The notes beneath the pieces were generated by a model that saw only the letters and a list, made by a program, of their open reading frames with translations, was not told where the DNA came from and made no database searches. Made by a program: the position numbers and the translations under genes. From Porphyridium purpureum (taxonomy: Eukaryota), in contig VRMN01000003.1 of NCBI GenBank assembly GCA_008690995.1, positions 2,232,001 through 2,296,000 on the forward strand: a stretch of DNA of 64,000 nucleotides, written 5' to 3'. Positions 52,901 to 63,980 of the stretch are shown in pieces. Each line of letters opens with the position of its first letter. The stretch's first letter is position 1.

Positions 52901-55108
52901 AACCTAAACTCTCGCGTAAAGTCCCACACTGCCATTGTCTCCAAGTTCAATCTTTTCCCCTTTGCCCGCTTCGCATAATTTTTACCAAGTCTCTTGTCCC
53001 TTTTTTCGACTCTTTCTCTCCGTATTCTAGGGCTTCCCTAGGTTCAAACTGAATCCAGGATTGCTGTGGAACCTAACGGGACTAACATCGTGCGCACTGT
53101 AAAAGGAGTAGGCCACCAGGTGGGGGGGATCAGTCACTGGGAAAGTATCGTACGGAGACGAACGACATTTGACCACGCGCACGTGCGCAGTTCCGTGCAT
53201 TGAGCCGCTTCACGGTCACAGGAATTGACGCGCGTCCAAATATTAACATGCAGACCACCATGCCTGCTGTTTAGCTGTGCATACAACGATCAAAGACGTA
53301 GCACAGAATTCCAGTCTAATATTCTTTGCGATGCTGCTGGTGAAAGGTTCAAAGACGCCCGTCACGCATGCCACTCGCAATCCTTCGTCTTTGACGCGTA
53401 TGCGCTATGTCCGCCCGCCTTTGGCCCGCGTGCGCTTGCGCTTAGCATTCTTGTGTTCGTCAGTCCTGGATACCGGTAGTTCAATTACCTGTGCATGCAG
53501 GACGCGTTCACCAACTTGATTGCCGTCGTCAGGTGAATGCATTATACTCAGAAACGTGTCCAGGGCTGTTTCGGCTCCCTCGAGTACTGCAGCACTGCGA
53601 CACAAACTGTTTGCCAGGCTGTGCAGCACAGGATCCGCCATGCTTCCCGCCATCTCAACGCTGACCAGTAATTCATTCATTCACTAAGTCTCCCCAGATT
53701 ATCCTCCGGAGCGCTCTTGTACCTTTGCTGCGAATAATGTTAAAGTTAAGCACCATACGCACAAATGAAAGGTTCGTCGCATAAGAATGCGTAATTTTTC
53801 AGAACGTGTATACCCCTCTTTTAAGTAGTGTAAACTACCCATTATCGAAAAGCGCGCTCTTTTTCTTGGCGAGCGCGCTATTTTCGGACCCAGATACGGT
53901 TTGCGTACAGTCACATGTAAGGAGTATGCTTGGAATTTCCCCTTCTGTGGGTTGTAACGGCATTAAGAAAAGAGGACCGCTTGAACGATAACAGAAATTA
54001 GAAACCGACGTACTGACGTACCGACGCACCGAAACGAACGGAATGGTAAGCAGGTCAGTCAAAGCAGAGTGGCAAGGAATAAAAAGAGGACGGAAAATTC
54101 AACTTATTGGGGGCCACTAGGAGTGGTGCGGACTTTACAAGTGATGGGTGATGAAAGGTACGTTCAAGCCCATCTGCCTTTCTAAAAACACTCCAGACCA
54201 ATATCCGCTCGTACAACACGCTAGCGTGCTTCTCTTGCAAGTCCAACTGAAGTCTTCCAATGACCGCCTCGATCCAGCAAACCAAGCTCTCCTGTTTTTC
54301 CTCTCGGCCTTATCTCTCCTTCTACCTTGTCCTGGAAACTCCGAGGAAGCAGCCTGTGCCTTTGCCCTTTTACACCTTTCATCCTTGCTCTATCCAGCAA
54401 GGGCTGAAGGTCGAATCTGTTCAAAAGAACAAATTTCCACCACAGGGTTTGACTTGTTCCTCAACTCGCAACCACCGCCGGTCCCGTATCCGAAACATGG
54501 CTGGGACAGCCCGGCAAGAATGAATCCAAAAGTTGTGACCAGTCTTCGGTCTCCACACAAAGCCATGCACAAAACGAAAGAATCAAACATGACTCAGGTC
54601 CAAGATCATCAAGCTTCTATTATAAAAGAGTTACCAGAGGCAATCGAGGACACGTGGGAGAAAATGGACGATTGGTAAAGGACCTGTGCGGTAACGTGCC
54701 ATCGAGCATCATTGAAGTGGCATTGACCGACCGAAAAAATTGCCACTTTTAGAAATCAGAGGTTGTCTTTCAATCTTCTTGCAAATGCTCTAATCATCTT
54801 TGTCTTGAACTGTATGTCAACTTCTCGCGCCGATCGGTCAACCTTTGACGACTTTGGACGACTTTTACATTCTCTGTGAGAAAAAGTGTAAACCACTGCC
54901 GATGTTTATAGTTGATTATCACTTGCTGTATCTTACCATAGACGTGGTGAATGACGAGTGTCTTATTTATTACATATCTCGGCTCCTATGTGTGTTGAAA
55001 ATATGTTTCGCCCATCGTCCGATGCAGCTTGTCGCTCTGCGCCCGCTCCAATCTTTACGTGCTCGATACCTTCCTCCGTTCATCAGATATTTGAAATTTT
55101 CTATTTTT

Positions 55109-55236
55109 TGAGGGGGGCCTCGAAGAGCTATGAGGGGGGCCTCGCGGAGCTATGGAGGGGGCCTCGAGGAGCTATGAAGGGGGCCTCGAGGAGCTATGAA
55201 GGGGGCCTCGCCAAAATTTTGGGGGCCTCGAAGAGC
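55109..55236. repeat. 22-bp G-rich minisatellite TG(A/G)RGGGGGCCTCGNRGAGCTA, four full and two partial copies
   Basis: Read directly from the sequence; six runs of 5-6 G. Confidence 0.92.
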
Positions 55237-55550
55237 AAACATAGTAAAATGATGCTGATTTGCTATGAGTACAGCAACGTATGGTACATTGCAGTGTACA
55301 GTGGGAAACAGTACCTCCGAGATCGCCACTCTTTTGCTCGTTATGCTCAACCGTAGGGATACGGGCGCATTTGAGCAGCGCGTCTGATAGCCCTGACGAA
55401 AATTTCATAGTAATACCTAATAGCATTTGGTGCTAATTCAGCCGCGTTTAGGTGCTATGCGCGATTGAAGTTTTTGTTCGATGTGAAGGGCTCGGGGGAA
55501 CGCACGAGTAACATTGGGGACCAGGTGAAGGAGATTCTAATGAGTGGAAT

Positions 55551-57195
55551 ATGGGCTACAAATGCGGGAGTGGTTGTGGACAGGAGTTCACGAAGAAAAG
55601 GAACGTCATGCGGCATGAGAACAATTGCATCAACACCGGGATCAACGCAGTTGGCTTGTGCTGCCATCTTTGCACATACGCGTACAGTGTTGACATGAAG
55701 AGTGCTGCGTCACGAAAAGCTGCGCGGAAGCGTCTGCAAAGACACTGTGTAAAAGTGCACAAGTTTGTCGCGTTGGCATCGGTCCAAGAGAGATTTGCCG
55801 AGTTTGCAAAGTTTTACGTATCGCAGGACTGTGTATGGTTTGAGCAAGGGCTAAACCGCTTGCGACATTTATATCACATCGAATCAGAGGAGCAGAAGGT
55901 GTCGCGCATGGTGGTTACAAGCAGCCTTCCTTTTCCAGACCATGTGACCAAGTATTTCGCTACACGTGCTGATGCCGGTGAGGAGGAAATGGATGACAAT
56001 GGCAACACAGTACAAGCGGTGACGGCCCTGAAACTCCGTTGGTATCCAGACGAGGGCGACCGAGAATTCTTTTGTAATCTGCAAGATGTTTGTCCGGGTG
56101 CGGAGCTATCTCTTGGTGTTGTGGATACGTATGTGAAGTTTGTTCGTGCGTGTATTCGCACCGTGCATACTCACCGACCAGACCTCTTGATGCTTCCGGT
56201 GCAAGGCCACTCTCAAGAGATGGCTTCAGAGGTCGTGAATCCTTTTGCCAGTCGTCATTTTACTTGTTTAGCAGAGGCCACGATCCGTGCAAGGCGCAAA
56301 ACTTGGGCGCGGGCGCTAGAGTTTTACTGTATAAGACTAATTGGCATTTCCTTATCGGAATATGTTAGAATGCATCCAAGCGGGGTTGTACATGCGGTGC
56401 AAAACTTGATGAACGTGGTGCTGGACCATACCCCAGCGAAGCTGGAGAAACAATCGTACGTGGCCGTGGATTTTCTGCGAGCGCATTGCGTAGGTCGATT
56501 CGATGATGGCATCGTTCGATTGCGTAGTGCGTCTACAATGGTAAGCTTTTCAGCCAGTCAACTGTGGCTCTTGCGAGCATCGGCGCTAGCTCGTACCCTT
56601 GAAGGGAATGCGTTTTACTCAATGCCGAAGACGACTTTACTGTCGGGCTGTGTTTTCGCGGAATCCTTGTACATTGTACACGCCATGCTGTGCAGGGCGG
56701 CACCAGTGGGCATATCAGAGTGGGAGACGACGTTGATCGACGAGGGAGTTAAGGTGCATCGGCATCGGAAAAGCGGTGTCCTCGTTCGGCCGTCTGTGTT
56801 CGGCGTGCTGTACATGTCGTGCATGGAGCGCATCCGTGGGCTCTGTGTGCGGGCTTTGGGTCCGACGTATCAGGTAACAGTAACCGGTGGTCTAGATCGG
56901 TCTTCTGTAATTTCTGGTTCTGTGCGAGGTGGAGAGGATAATATTCAGCGTGACCGGCATGAAGTGTCACGTGCTTTTGTGGAAAATTTAAGCTGTCAAG
57001 AGATAGACGATTTGGCGGTGTGCGCAATGTTGGCTTTGAGCTGCGCAAATCTCCTAATGCGCGCTTCGTCGACGGTCGGCATAACACTTGCAAGTCGTGA
57101 TGGCGCAAGCTCTGTTGGTAACGGAGGCGGTAATTCGATTGTGCTGACCGAGGTGGTGCTTAAGAACAAGAACTTGAGGTTGGCGATCCCGACAG
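55551..57195 (+). CDS. Zinc-finger protein truncated by the LTR insertion (ORF reads into the LTR to 57272); probably element-borne
   Basis: N-terminal CGSGC...F...NVMRHENNC and CHLC...LQRHCVKVH fingers. The frame is open for 548 codons up to the LTR junction. Confidence 0.65.
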
Positions 57196-57492
57196 TGTTA
57201 CCAATGCTGTGCCTTTTACTCTGCTTCTTCTTTCTTTCCTCTTCTGTCTCCGAGCAAGACCTGACCGGCTAGTCCGGGCAGGCGCGTCGCCTTTTTATAC
57301 CCTTACTTCCGCCAGGGACAGCAAGGCGCCAAGAGAAATGACAATGCAAATCATTGGCATTTCTGCGCGCGTCTAGAAGGTTCTGGAACCTCTAGAAGCT
57401 TCTAGAAACGGTTAAACGGTCTACCGGCTTAGCGGCTTACCGGTTTCGGATTAACCGAACCGTTCTAGGTGACTGGGGTCGAACGGATAACA
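57196..57492 (-). repeat. 3' LTR
   Basis: Differs from 62329-62625 by about 6 substitutions and 2 single-base indels (manual count). Adjacent to the PPT. Confidence 0.95.
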
Positions 57493-57506
57493 TCTCCCCC
57501 CCTCTT
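57493..57506 (-). other. Polypurine tract
   Basis: AAGAGGGGGGGAGA on the minus strand, abutting the 3' LTR. Confidence 0.9.
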
Positions 57507-57611
57507 GGCTCGACGTCTCGGCGAGACTCCAAACTAAGTTGCATTCTTGGCTCGAGGAACCCGCGCTCCGGGAGAAAACCTCTGCCTAGCAAACTTCTCA
57601 CAATACCCAAG

Positions 57612-60600
57612 TCATTCAGAGTCAGACTCTTCGATAATTTTCAACAAGTCTGGCTCAGAATCGGACGCCGGCATTTCGTCGGGTACTTCTTCATCATTTT
57701 CCCCTGCCATGTATTCTTCGCGTCCATAGTATGGCCTCAGATGCTGGATCGGAAAAACATCATGACAAGCCACACCCTCGGGCAAAATCACTCGGTAAGC
57801 ATGCGAGCTTACCTTCTCAATGACAGGCACCGGACCAAGAAACTTTGGTGCCGCCAAATCACTCTTGTTCGGCCGCATTTGCGGCGCCGTGACCAACACT
57901 TGATCACCAACTTGAAACTCCCGGGCATCCTTGCTTCGATCGAAGAACTTCTGCATTCTCCCCTGGGCTTCGATCAAATTGTCGCGGACTTCTTCATGGA
58001 CTTTGCACAGGCGAAACCAGTGCTCCGCCATGTCCTTCGTCTGTCCGTCGCGCGCAGGCCTCCACCCTTCGCTCGGTGGAAACCAAGGATCCCTTCCATA
58101 TACCACTTTGAACGGCGCGAATCCAGTGGCACTGCTTGGTGCAGAGTTGTACGCAAACTCGTACAACGGCAAGTCTCGCACCCAGCCACTATTCGTCGCC
58201 ATCAACTTGAGCATTTCCCGAATCACGCGGTTCACTCGCTCAGTTTGGCCATCTGTCTGCGGGTGGTTGGCGGTAGACATTGCCAACTTCATGCCCACCC
58301 GCTTGCTCAGCTGCTGCCAAAGCGTGGACGTGAACAGCGGATCTCGGTCAGATACAATTGACTTGGGGTATCCGAAACGGCTCACGACGTGCTTCACGAA
58401 CAAGTCAGCACAACGCTTTGCTGTCAAGTCCTTGCGCGTCGGGATAAACAGCGCCATCTTCGAATAGCGATCCACCACAGTCATGATTGCATCACAGCTG
58501 CCTTCGCTCCGAGGCAGCTCCGTCACAAAGTCCATCGAGATGTCGACCCAAGGTCCTTCTGGGATCGACAAGGGCTTCAGCTTTCCAAACGACCGATTCT
58601 CTGACTTTGTCACTTGGCACGCGTGACAAGTCTTCGCAAAACGGCTCACGTCTCGCTTCATCTTTGGCCAGTAGAAGCGAGTTATCAAAGATGCATAAGT
58701 TGTGTCCGCTCCACGGTGCCCTGCTGTCGAGATATCGTGGTGGAGTTGCATGACACGCTCTCTGAACTTCCTCGGTACGCAAACGCGATTCCTCAAGTAC
58801 AAGAGCCCAGCTTCCGTTCGAAAACCCTGGTGGGTCGGTAAATCTCCCATCAAAGTACCAAAGTCCGGGTCACTCGAGTACGAACCCACGAATGCCTGGA
58901 AACCCGCACCAAATTCCTCACACCGAACTTGGTACTCTAGCGCGTGCACCTCTGGCTTCCTCGACAAAGTATCGGCTACCACGTTCGACTTTCCCTTCAC
59001 ATAGTCGATCGTGATGTCAAACTCGGCTAAAAAGTCCAGCCACCGTGCCTGACGGCCATTCAGCTCCTTCTGCGTCATCAAATGTTTCAACGCCTCATGA
59101 TCTGTATGCAGCACAAACTTTGCTCCGTACAGATAAGGTCGAAACTCTCGCAGACAGTGAATGACGGCCATGAGCTCACCTTCATAGCTGCTGTACCTGG
59201 TCTCTCGGTCCAGCAGCTTCCTCGACGTAAACGCGACCGGTCTGCCTTCCTGTGCCAGCCATCCCCCCACCGCGACTTCAGAGCGGTCCGTGTACACCTC
59301 AAATGGCTTTTCAGGGTCTGGCAAGGCCAACACCGGCGCTTCCGTCAACATCCCGACAATCTTCTTGAAGGCCGACTTGCCTTCATCTCCCAGCTCGATC
59401 AGCTGCTTCTTCGACTTTGCGTTCTGCAACAGCGAAGTCAGCGGCGCCACGACGGTAGAGTATCCTTTGACAAACCTGCGAAACCAGTTTGTCATTCCCA
59501 AAAAGGATCTCAACTCCGTCACCGTCTTTGGCACTGGCCAATCTCTCAAAGCTTCCACCTTCCGTGGATCCATCTTCACGCAACCGTTTCCCACAATGTT
59601 CCCCAGGTATTCGACTTCAGAGACGAAGAAGCTGCACTTCTTGCGCTTCAACCGATACCCCGCCTTTTGCAAGCGCGACAACACTTCCTTCAGGACCTCG
59701 CCGTGCGACTGCCTATCCTTGGTGAAGACCAAAATATCGTCCAAGTAGACAATGACGGTCTTGTCCAGCAGATCTGCAAACAGCTCGTTCATGGCCCTCT
59801 GAAAAGTTGCCGGCGCGTTGCAAAGACCAAACGGCATCACACGGAACTCGAACTGTCCGTACCTGGTCTGGAACGCGGTCTTCGGCACGTCCTCTCTCCG
59901 AACACGCAATTGGTGGTACCTCGATGCCAAATCCAACTTTGAGAAACAATGAGCTGCGCCCAGTCGATCCAGCAACTCATCCATGTTTGGCAACGGATAC
60001 CGGTCCTTCACAGTTGCGTCGTTCAACGCCCGATAATCAACGCACATCCTCATGCTGCCGTCTTTCTTCTTCACGAACAGCACGGGTGCTCCAAACGGGC
60101 TCTGACTCGGCTGGACGAATCCTTTGTCCAGCAAGTCACCCAAAGTCTCTCGGAGGACTTTCAACTCCGCAGGGCTCAGTCGGTAGACCCTGCCCACTCT
60201 CACAGGCTTCTCATCTTTCAGCCTAATCACATGCTCCACTGTTCGGCTCTCAGGCAGCCCTCGCGGCTCCTCAAACAGATTTTCGCAATCATTGAGCATC
60301 TTTCTCACAGAGTCAGCTTCTTTGCGCTCCACTGAACAGGGCTCCTCCCTTCCTTTCAGCACGCCGAGGTAGCACTCTTCTACCTCCTGACTCTTCAACA
60401 GCCGACGGAGCTCTTTCCGTGGCACCAGCATCTGCGTCATGCTCCAGGCCCTCTCCTCTCCGTAGGCCAACATGCCAGACTGCCAATCAATCACTGGGTT
60501 CTCCCGCTTCAGCCACTCCATGCCCAGAATTGCGTCTTGTCCCGCAATCCGGCAAATGGCAAAGTTAGCGGCCCCCGAGTACCCATCACTCAGTTCAAAC

Positions 60601-61010
60601 TTGACATTGGAAACTTCTCCGGCTGTTTCCAATACGGACCCATCCGCTAGGGTCACTCTATCTCTCTTCCACGACGCCTTCTGCTTCAGGCCGTCGGATT
60701 TCTGCACAAAGTCCACGCTCATGAAGTTGTCCGTCGCGCCACTGTCAATCAAAAACGTGGCCTCTCCGTCGGACTTGTGCACTTTTCCTCGAACTCGAAG
60801 AAGCATGGCAGCTCCCATTCCTCCAAGTTCCTTGATCACGGGCTGATTTGCGCTCGAGTTTCGCCCACAAGGCGTCGGACAGCCAGACCTTGGCTTACCA
60901 AGGCCACCACAGCGGTCTCCATTGCCGCCCCTAGAGGTCTCGTAACGTCTGCGAGCCTCCTTTCCCTCTGACTGTCCGAGGAACCTCTCTACTCGAGCTC
61001 CTCGTTTTTT
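57612..61010 (-). CDS. pol: Gypsy pol polyprotein (protease, RT, RNase H, integrase), likely expressed by -1 frameshift
   Basis: LIDSGA, RMCVDYRALN, MPFGL, YLDD, TDH, HHCC (H..AGH...CHAC), ISMDF, SDRD, DGQTER and a GP motif. No chromodomain seen. Confidence 0.93.
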   Translation of the reverse strand, partial: KKRGARVERFLGQSEGKEARRRYETSRGGNGDRCGGLGKPRSGCPTPCGRNSSANQPVIKELGGMGAAMLLRVRGKVHKSDGEATFLIDSGATDNFMSVDFVQKSDGLKQKASWKRDRVTLADGSVLETAGEVSNVKFELSDGYSGAANFAICRIAGQDAILGMEWLKRENPVIDWQSGMLAYGEERAWSMTQMLVPRKELRRLLKSQEVEECYLGVLKGREEPCSVERKEADSVRKMLNDCENLFEEPRGLPESRTVEHVIRLKDEKPVRVGRVYRLSPAELKVLRETLGDLLDKGFVQPSQSPFGAPVLFVKKKDGSMRMCVDYRALNDATVKDRYPLPNMDELLDRLGAAHCFSKLDLASRYHQLRVRREDVPKTAFQTRYGQFEFRVMPFGLCNAPATFQRAMNELFADLLDKTVIVYLDDILVFTKDRQSHGEVLKEVLSRLQKAGYRLKRKKCSFFVSEVEYLGNIVGNGCVKMDPRKVEALRDWPVPKTVTELRSFLGMTNWFRRFVKGYSTVVAPLTSLLQNAKSKKQLIELGDEGKSAFKKIVGMLTEAPVLALPDPEKPFEVYTDRSEVAVGGWLAQEGRPVAFTSRKLLDRETRYSSYEGELMAVIHCLREFRPYLYGAKFVLHTDHEALKHLMTQKELNGRQARWLDFLAEFDITIDYVKGKSNVVADTLSRKPEVHALEYQVRCEEFGAGFQAFVGSYSSDPDFGTLMGDLPTHQGFRTEAGLLYLRNRVCVPRKFRERVMQLHHDISTAGHRGADTTYASLITRFYWPKMKRDVSRFAKTCHACQVTKSENRSFGKLKPLSIPEGPWVDISMDFVTELPRSEGSCDAIMTVVDRYSKMALFIPTRKDLTAKRCADLFVKHVVSRFGYPKSIVSDRDPLFTSTLWQQLSKRVGMKLAMSTANHPQTDGQTERVNRVIREMLKLMATNSGWVRDLPLYEFAYNSAPSSATGFAPFKVVYGRDPWFPPSEGWRPARDGQTKDMAEHWFRLCKVHEEVRDNLIEAQGRMQKFFDRSKDAREFQVGDQVLVTAPQMRPNKSDLAAPKFLGPVPVIEKVSSHAYRVILPEGVACHDVFPIQHLRPYYGREEYMAGENDEEVPDEMPASDSEPDLLKIIEESDSE

Positions 61011-61795
61011 GACTCCAGCGAGTCTCCCTCCAGCTGCTGGATAGTCTTCCTTGCCTCGGGACACTTCCTCGCGATGTGTCCCGGCCTTCCACAATTCCAG
61101 CATTTGAGCTCGGTACGAACACGCCTCTGACCCTGCACATGTCCCAGCTCCATCGGGACAGGTCCTTCCTGCGCTGCACGACCGAAAAATGGCGTCCTCA
61201 CACTTGAATCACGCACGCCGCGGGTCGCATGAATGGCGTCGTCCACGACCACCGCCACCTGCGCAGCCTCCGCGAACGTACTCACTCCTCGCTTGTACAC
61301 TTCCAAGCGGACCTCGGGCTTCAGACCCCTCACAAAGCGGTCCATCATTTCTGCGTCCGACAAGTCCGGAATCACAAGTGCCGCGTCCTGAAAAGCCGCC
61401 ACATACGCATGGGCCGGGCCTTTCTGCGAAAGACGCGTCAACTTGTCCCTTGCACGCCTGATCGAATCCTGCGGCGTGAACCGAGCACTCACGAGGGCAG
61501 CAAAATCATTCCACGTCGTGGGGATCTCCTGCGGGTAGCGCTCGCAATTCAGAACCCACCAATGAAGCGCCTCTCCCTCGAAATAGTCAGAAGCCAGGTC
61601 TACTGCACGCCTCTCCGCAAGCAGACGTTTCTCCAAATCGTCCGGGTGGATGCTCTCCAACAGCCGGCCCAAGATCTTCTTTCTCGCCTGGAACAACCAC
61701 GTCTTCACAACCAGAAGGTCACGCTTCCCGTCGAACCTCATCAGACGGGCCTCCTTCGGGCCACGTGGTCCCAGCGTCTCCGAATCAATCTCCAT
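60989..61795 (-). CDS. gag: Gypsy gag
   Basis: FEGEALHWW, LSQKGPAHAYV.AF, FVRGLK, GPVPMEL and the zinc knuckle CWNCGRPGHIARKC. Confidence 0.93.
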   Translation of the reverse strand: MEIDSETLGPRGPKEARLMRFDGKRDLLVVKTWLFQARKKILGRLLESIHPDDLEKRLLAERRAVDLASDYFEGEALHWWVLNCERYPQEIPTTWNDFAALVSARFTPQDSIRRARDKLTRLSQKGPAHAYVAAFQDAALVIPDLSDAEMMDRFVRGLKPEVRLEVYKRGVSTFAEAAQVAVVVDDAIHATRGVRDSSVRTPFFGRAAQEGPVPMELGHVQGQRRVRTELKCWNCGRPGHIARKCPEARKTIQQLEGDSLESKNEELE

Positions 61796-62314
61796 GCTTT
61801 CTGGACTAAAGCACGCTCAACGACGACAACGACACAAACAGCAAGCCTCCGATGCTCACTTTCTCCAACAGCTGCGCGCACCACGAACGGGCTCGGTCGC
61901 CCTCACGAACACAAACCGACACACGAAGCTGTCCTCTCACGCACACACACGCACAGCAATCTTCCTCTGTTGCGCTGGATGGGGAGCGGCCCGGGCCTTT
62001 GCACTGGGGCGGGGATTATAGATGCGATCTTGTATGGAGGTGTTCGGCGCCTACCTTCGCAAAGGTGGTCGTGCGACACTAGGATGAATCCTAGTGAAGG
62101 CTGACCGTTACGGCTCTTGCCTACTAATACGTGCTAAGGCAGAGAGCGAGTCCGCCGTCAAGGCCTAGGCCTATCGTACAGCCAAGACTGAGACCCGCTT
62201 CCACCCGTCGCACCCTCCGGATCGACTTACTCGAACCCCCTTGCCCGCAGACTCTCCCACCCAGGCAACCCCAGAGAAACTCTAAGAGAACCTTAGAGCA
62301 ACCCCAGGTAACCA

Positions 62315-62326
62315 GCGATGATACCA
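62315..62326 (-). other. Primer-binding site, initiator tRNA-Met type
   Basis: TGGTATCATCGC lies 2 nt inside the 5' LTR. TGGTATCA is the usual tRNA-Met(i) PBS start. Confidence 0.85.
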
Positions 62327-62328
62327 AA

Positions 62329-62625
62329 TGTTACCAATGCTGTGCCTTTTTACTCTGCTTCTTCTTCTTTCCTCTTCTGTCTCCGAGCAAGACCTGACCG
62401 GCTAGTCCGGGCAGGCGCGTCGCCTTTTTATACCCTTACTTCCGCCAGGGACAGCAAGGCGCCACGAGAAATGACAATGCAAATCATTGGCATTTCTGCG
62501 CACGTCTAGAAGTTTCCGGAACCTCTAGAAGCTTCTAGAAACGGTTAAACGGTCTACCGGTTTAACGGCTTACCGGTTTCGGATTAACCGAACCGTTCTA
62601 GGTGACTGGGGTCGAACGGATAACA
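62329..62625 (-). repeat. 5' LTR
   Basis: TG...CA termini, TATA box (GGGTATAAAAA on the minus strand, about 62425-62435), partner of 57196-57492. Confidence 0.95.
62508..62541. promoter_or_regulatory. Two canonical heat-shock elements (nGAAnnTTCnnGAAn) in the LTR; also at 57375-57408
   Basis: aGAAgtTTCcgGAAc and aGAAgcTTCtaGAAa, about 75-110 bp upstream of the LTR TATA box in element orientation. Confidence 0.7.
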
Positions 62626-63947
62626 GTGGGCGAGCAGTGACTTTGCTCGATAACGCACGATCTATTGTGAGCCTGCCGTTTGGGCATGTCGCCGAAGGCT
62701 TTTTGATCGCCGACGTGTAAATCCACGAGCCAACCTGCACGATCGCCGAGACGCTGCACGTGAGTTGGGAGGTTCCATTCTTTCGCCAGAAAAAATATTT
62801 GGCGAGCTTTGTGTAGCAGGATACGGTCGTATCAGCGCTCGCAGGTTTGCACAAGAGGCCAAGGACGCGATTTCGGTCTTGTCCGCGTAGTGTGTGAGTC
62901 GCACAGGATGTCAGCCCGTTTGATGATGGGCTGCTGCGGCGGGTACGTTTTTTTGATATTGTCGATGCCGTGATCATGAGAGACTACTGCAAGGTACGTC
63001 ATGTGGATGAAGAAGCGAAAGTGCTTTATTCTGCGTTCGGTCGCGATGGCGCGCCCCATGGAAGCGTCACCGTGTGCGACGATGTCGCGGGAATCGCGGC
63101 TTTACTCGGTTCAAACAGGAATATTCGCTTGCGCTTGCTGGCATCCACCGCATGTTAGCAGCGGGTAAGGATGAGAAACAGTGCGTATCCAAAACAGCTA
63201 GGAGAGGTTTGCGATTCATCTTCGCGCGCTAGAGCAATTCGTTGCGTTTGGACGGCGTGCTTGATCGCAGACGCCACGCACTTTGTCAAGATAGCAAGTA
63301 TGCAGGTAGCGCACATGAATGGGAATGGGATACACAGCCTGGTTGCATGTGGCGAGGCTACGCCAAGCATGAAGGGGCATGACGCAAAGGCTGCGTGTGG
63401 GTGTAAAGGAATACTGTAATGCTCGCGACCGCGTCGCGTTGAGCTCGCGGGTGCAATCAATCGATTGCGACTTCTGAGGTTCTGCATTGGCACCGTTCTC
63501 TGGGGCTTGGCCACTTTGGTTAGCATGCCGGTGTGTGACTCACCGCTGAAGTGGGCATGCGCGCGCTTCACGTGTTTTGGGTCAATGTGTGCCTGGTAAA
63601 AGCTTGACCGTGTCTGCGGAGCCTGAGGGCCTCTCCGCGCGCGACTTGTGGAATGCGTGCTGTAATCCACGCACAGCACTCGAGGCATGCCCATCTTAAA
63701 GGGAGTCACTGCGTCGGGTATTGAAATCAGGCCATTGAGTTATGCTGTGCTCGCTCATTGTGGCGATCGCGCGTCTAAAAGCTGTACCGCCATTGTCTCA
63801 AAAGGTGCGAAATTGGGGTCCTTGGACGTTAGGTACAGCACCGCGCCGCTGCTTTGTGGCACTTGGCGGCGCACGCCGAAATTTAGTCCGTCCAAGTACT
63901 AAATGGACCCGCTGGCGTGTAGAAGGATCTTTGCCTGCGCAAGTAGC

Positions 63948-63980
63948 GTTACTCTAGGGTTACTCTAGGGTTAGGGTTAA
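63948..63980 (+). repeat. Short telomere-like repeats
   Basis: GTTACTCTAGG twice, then GTTAGGGTTA; only three TAGGG units. Confidence 0.35.

Larger units (their letters stand above)
57196..62625 (-). mobile_element. Full-length Ty3/Gypsy LTR retrotransposon (5430 bp)
   Basis: Two 297-bp TG...CA LTRs, PBS, PPT, gag, and pol in PR-RT-RH-IN order. Confidence 0.97.
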
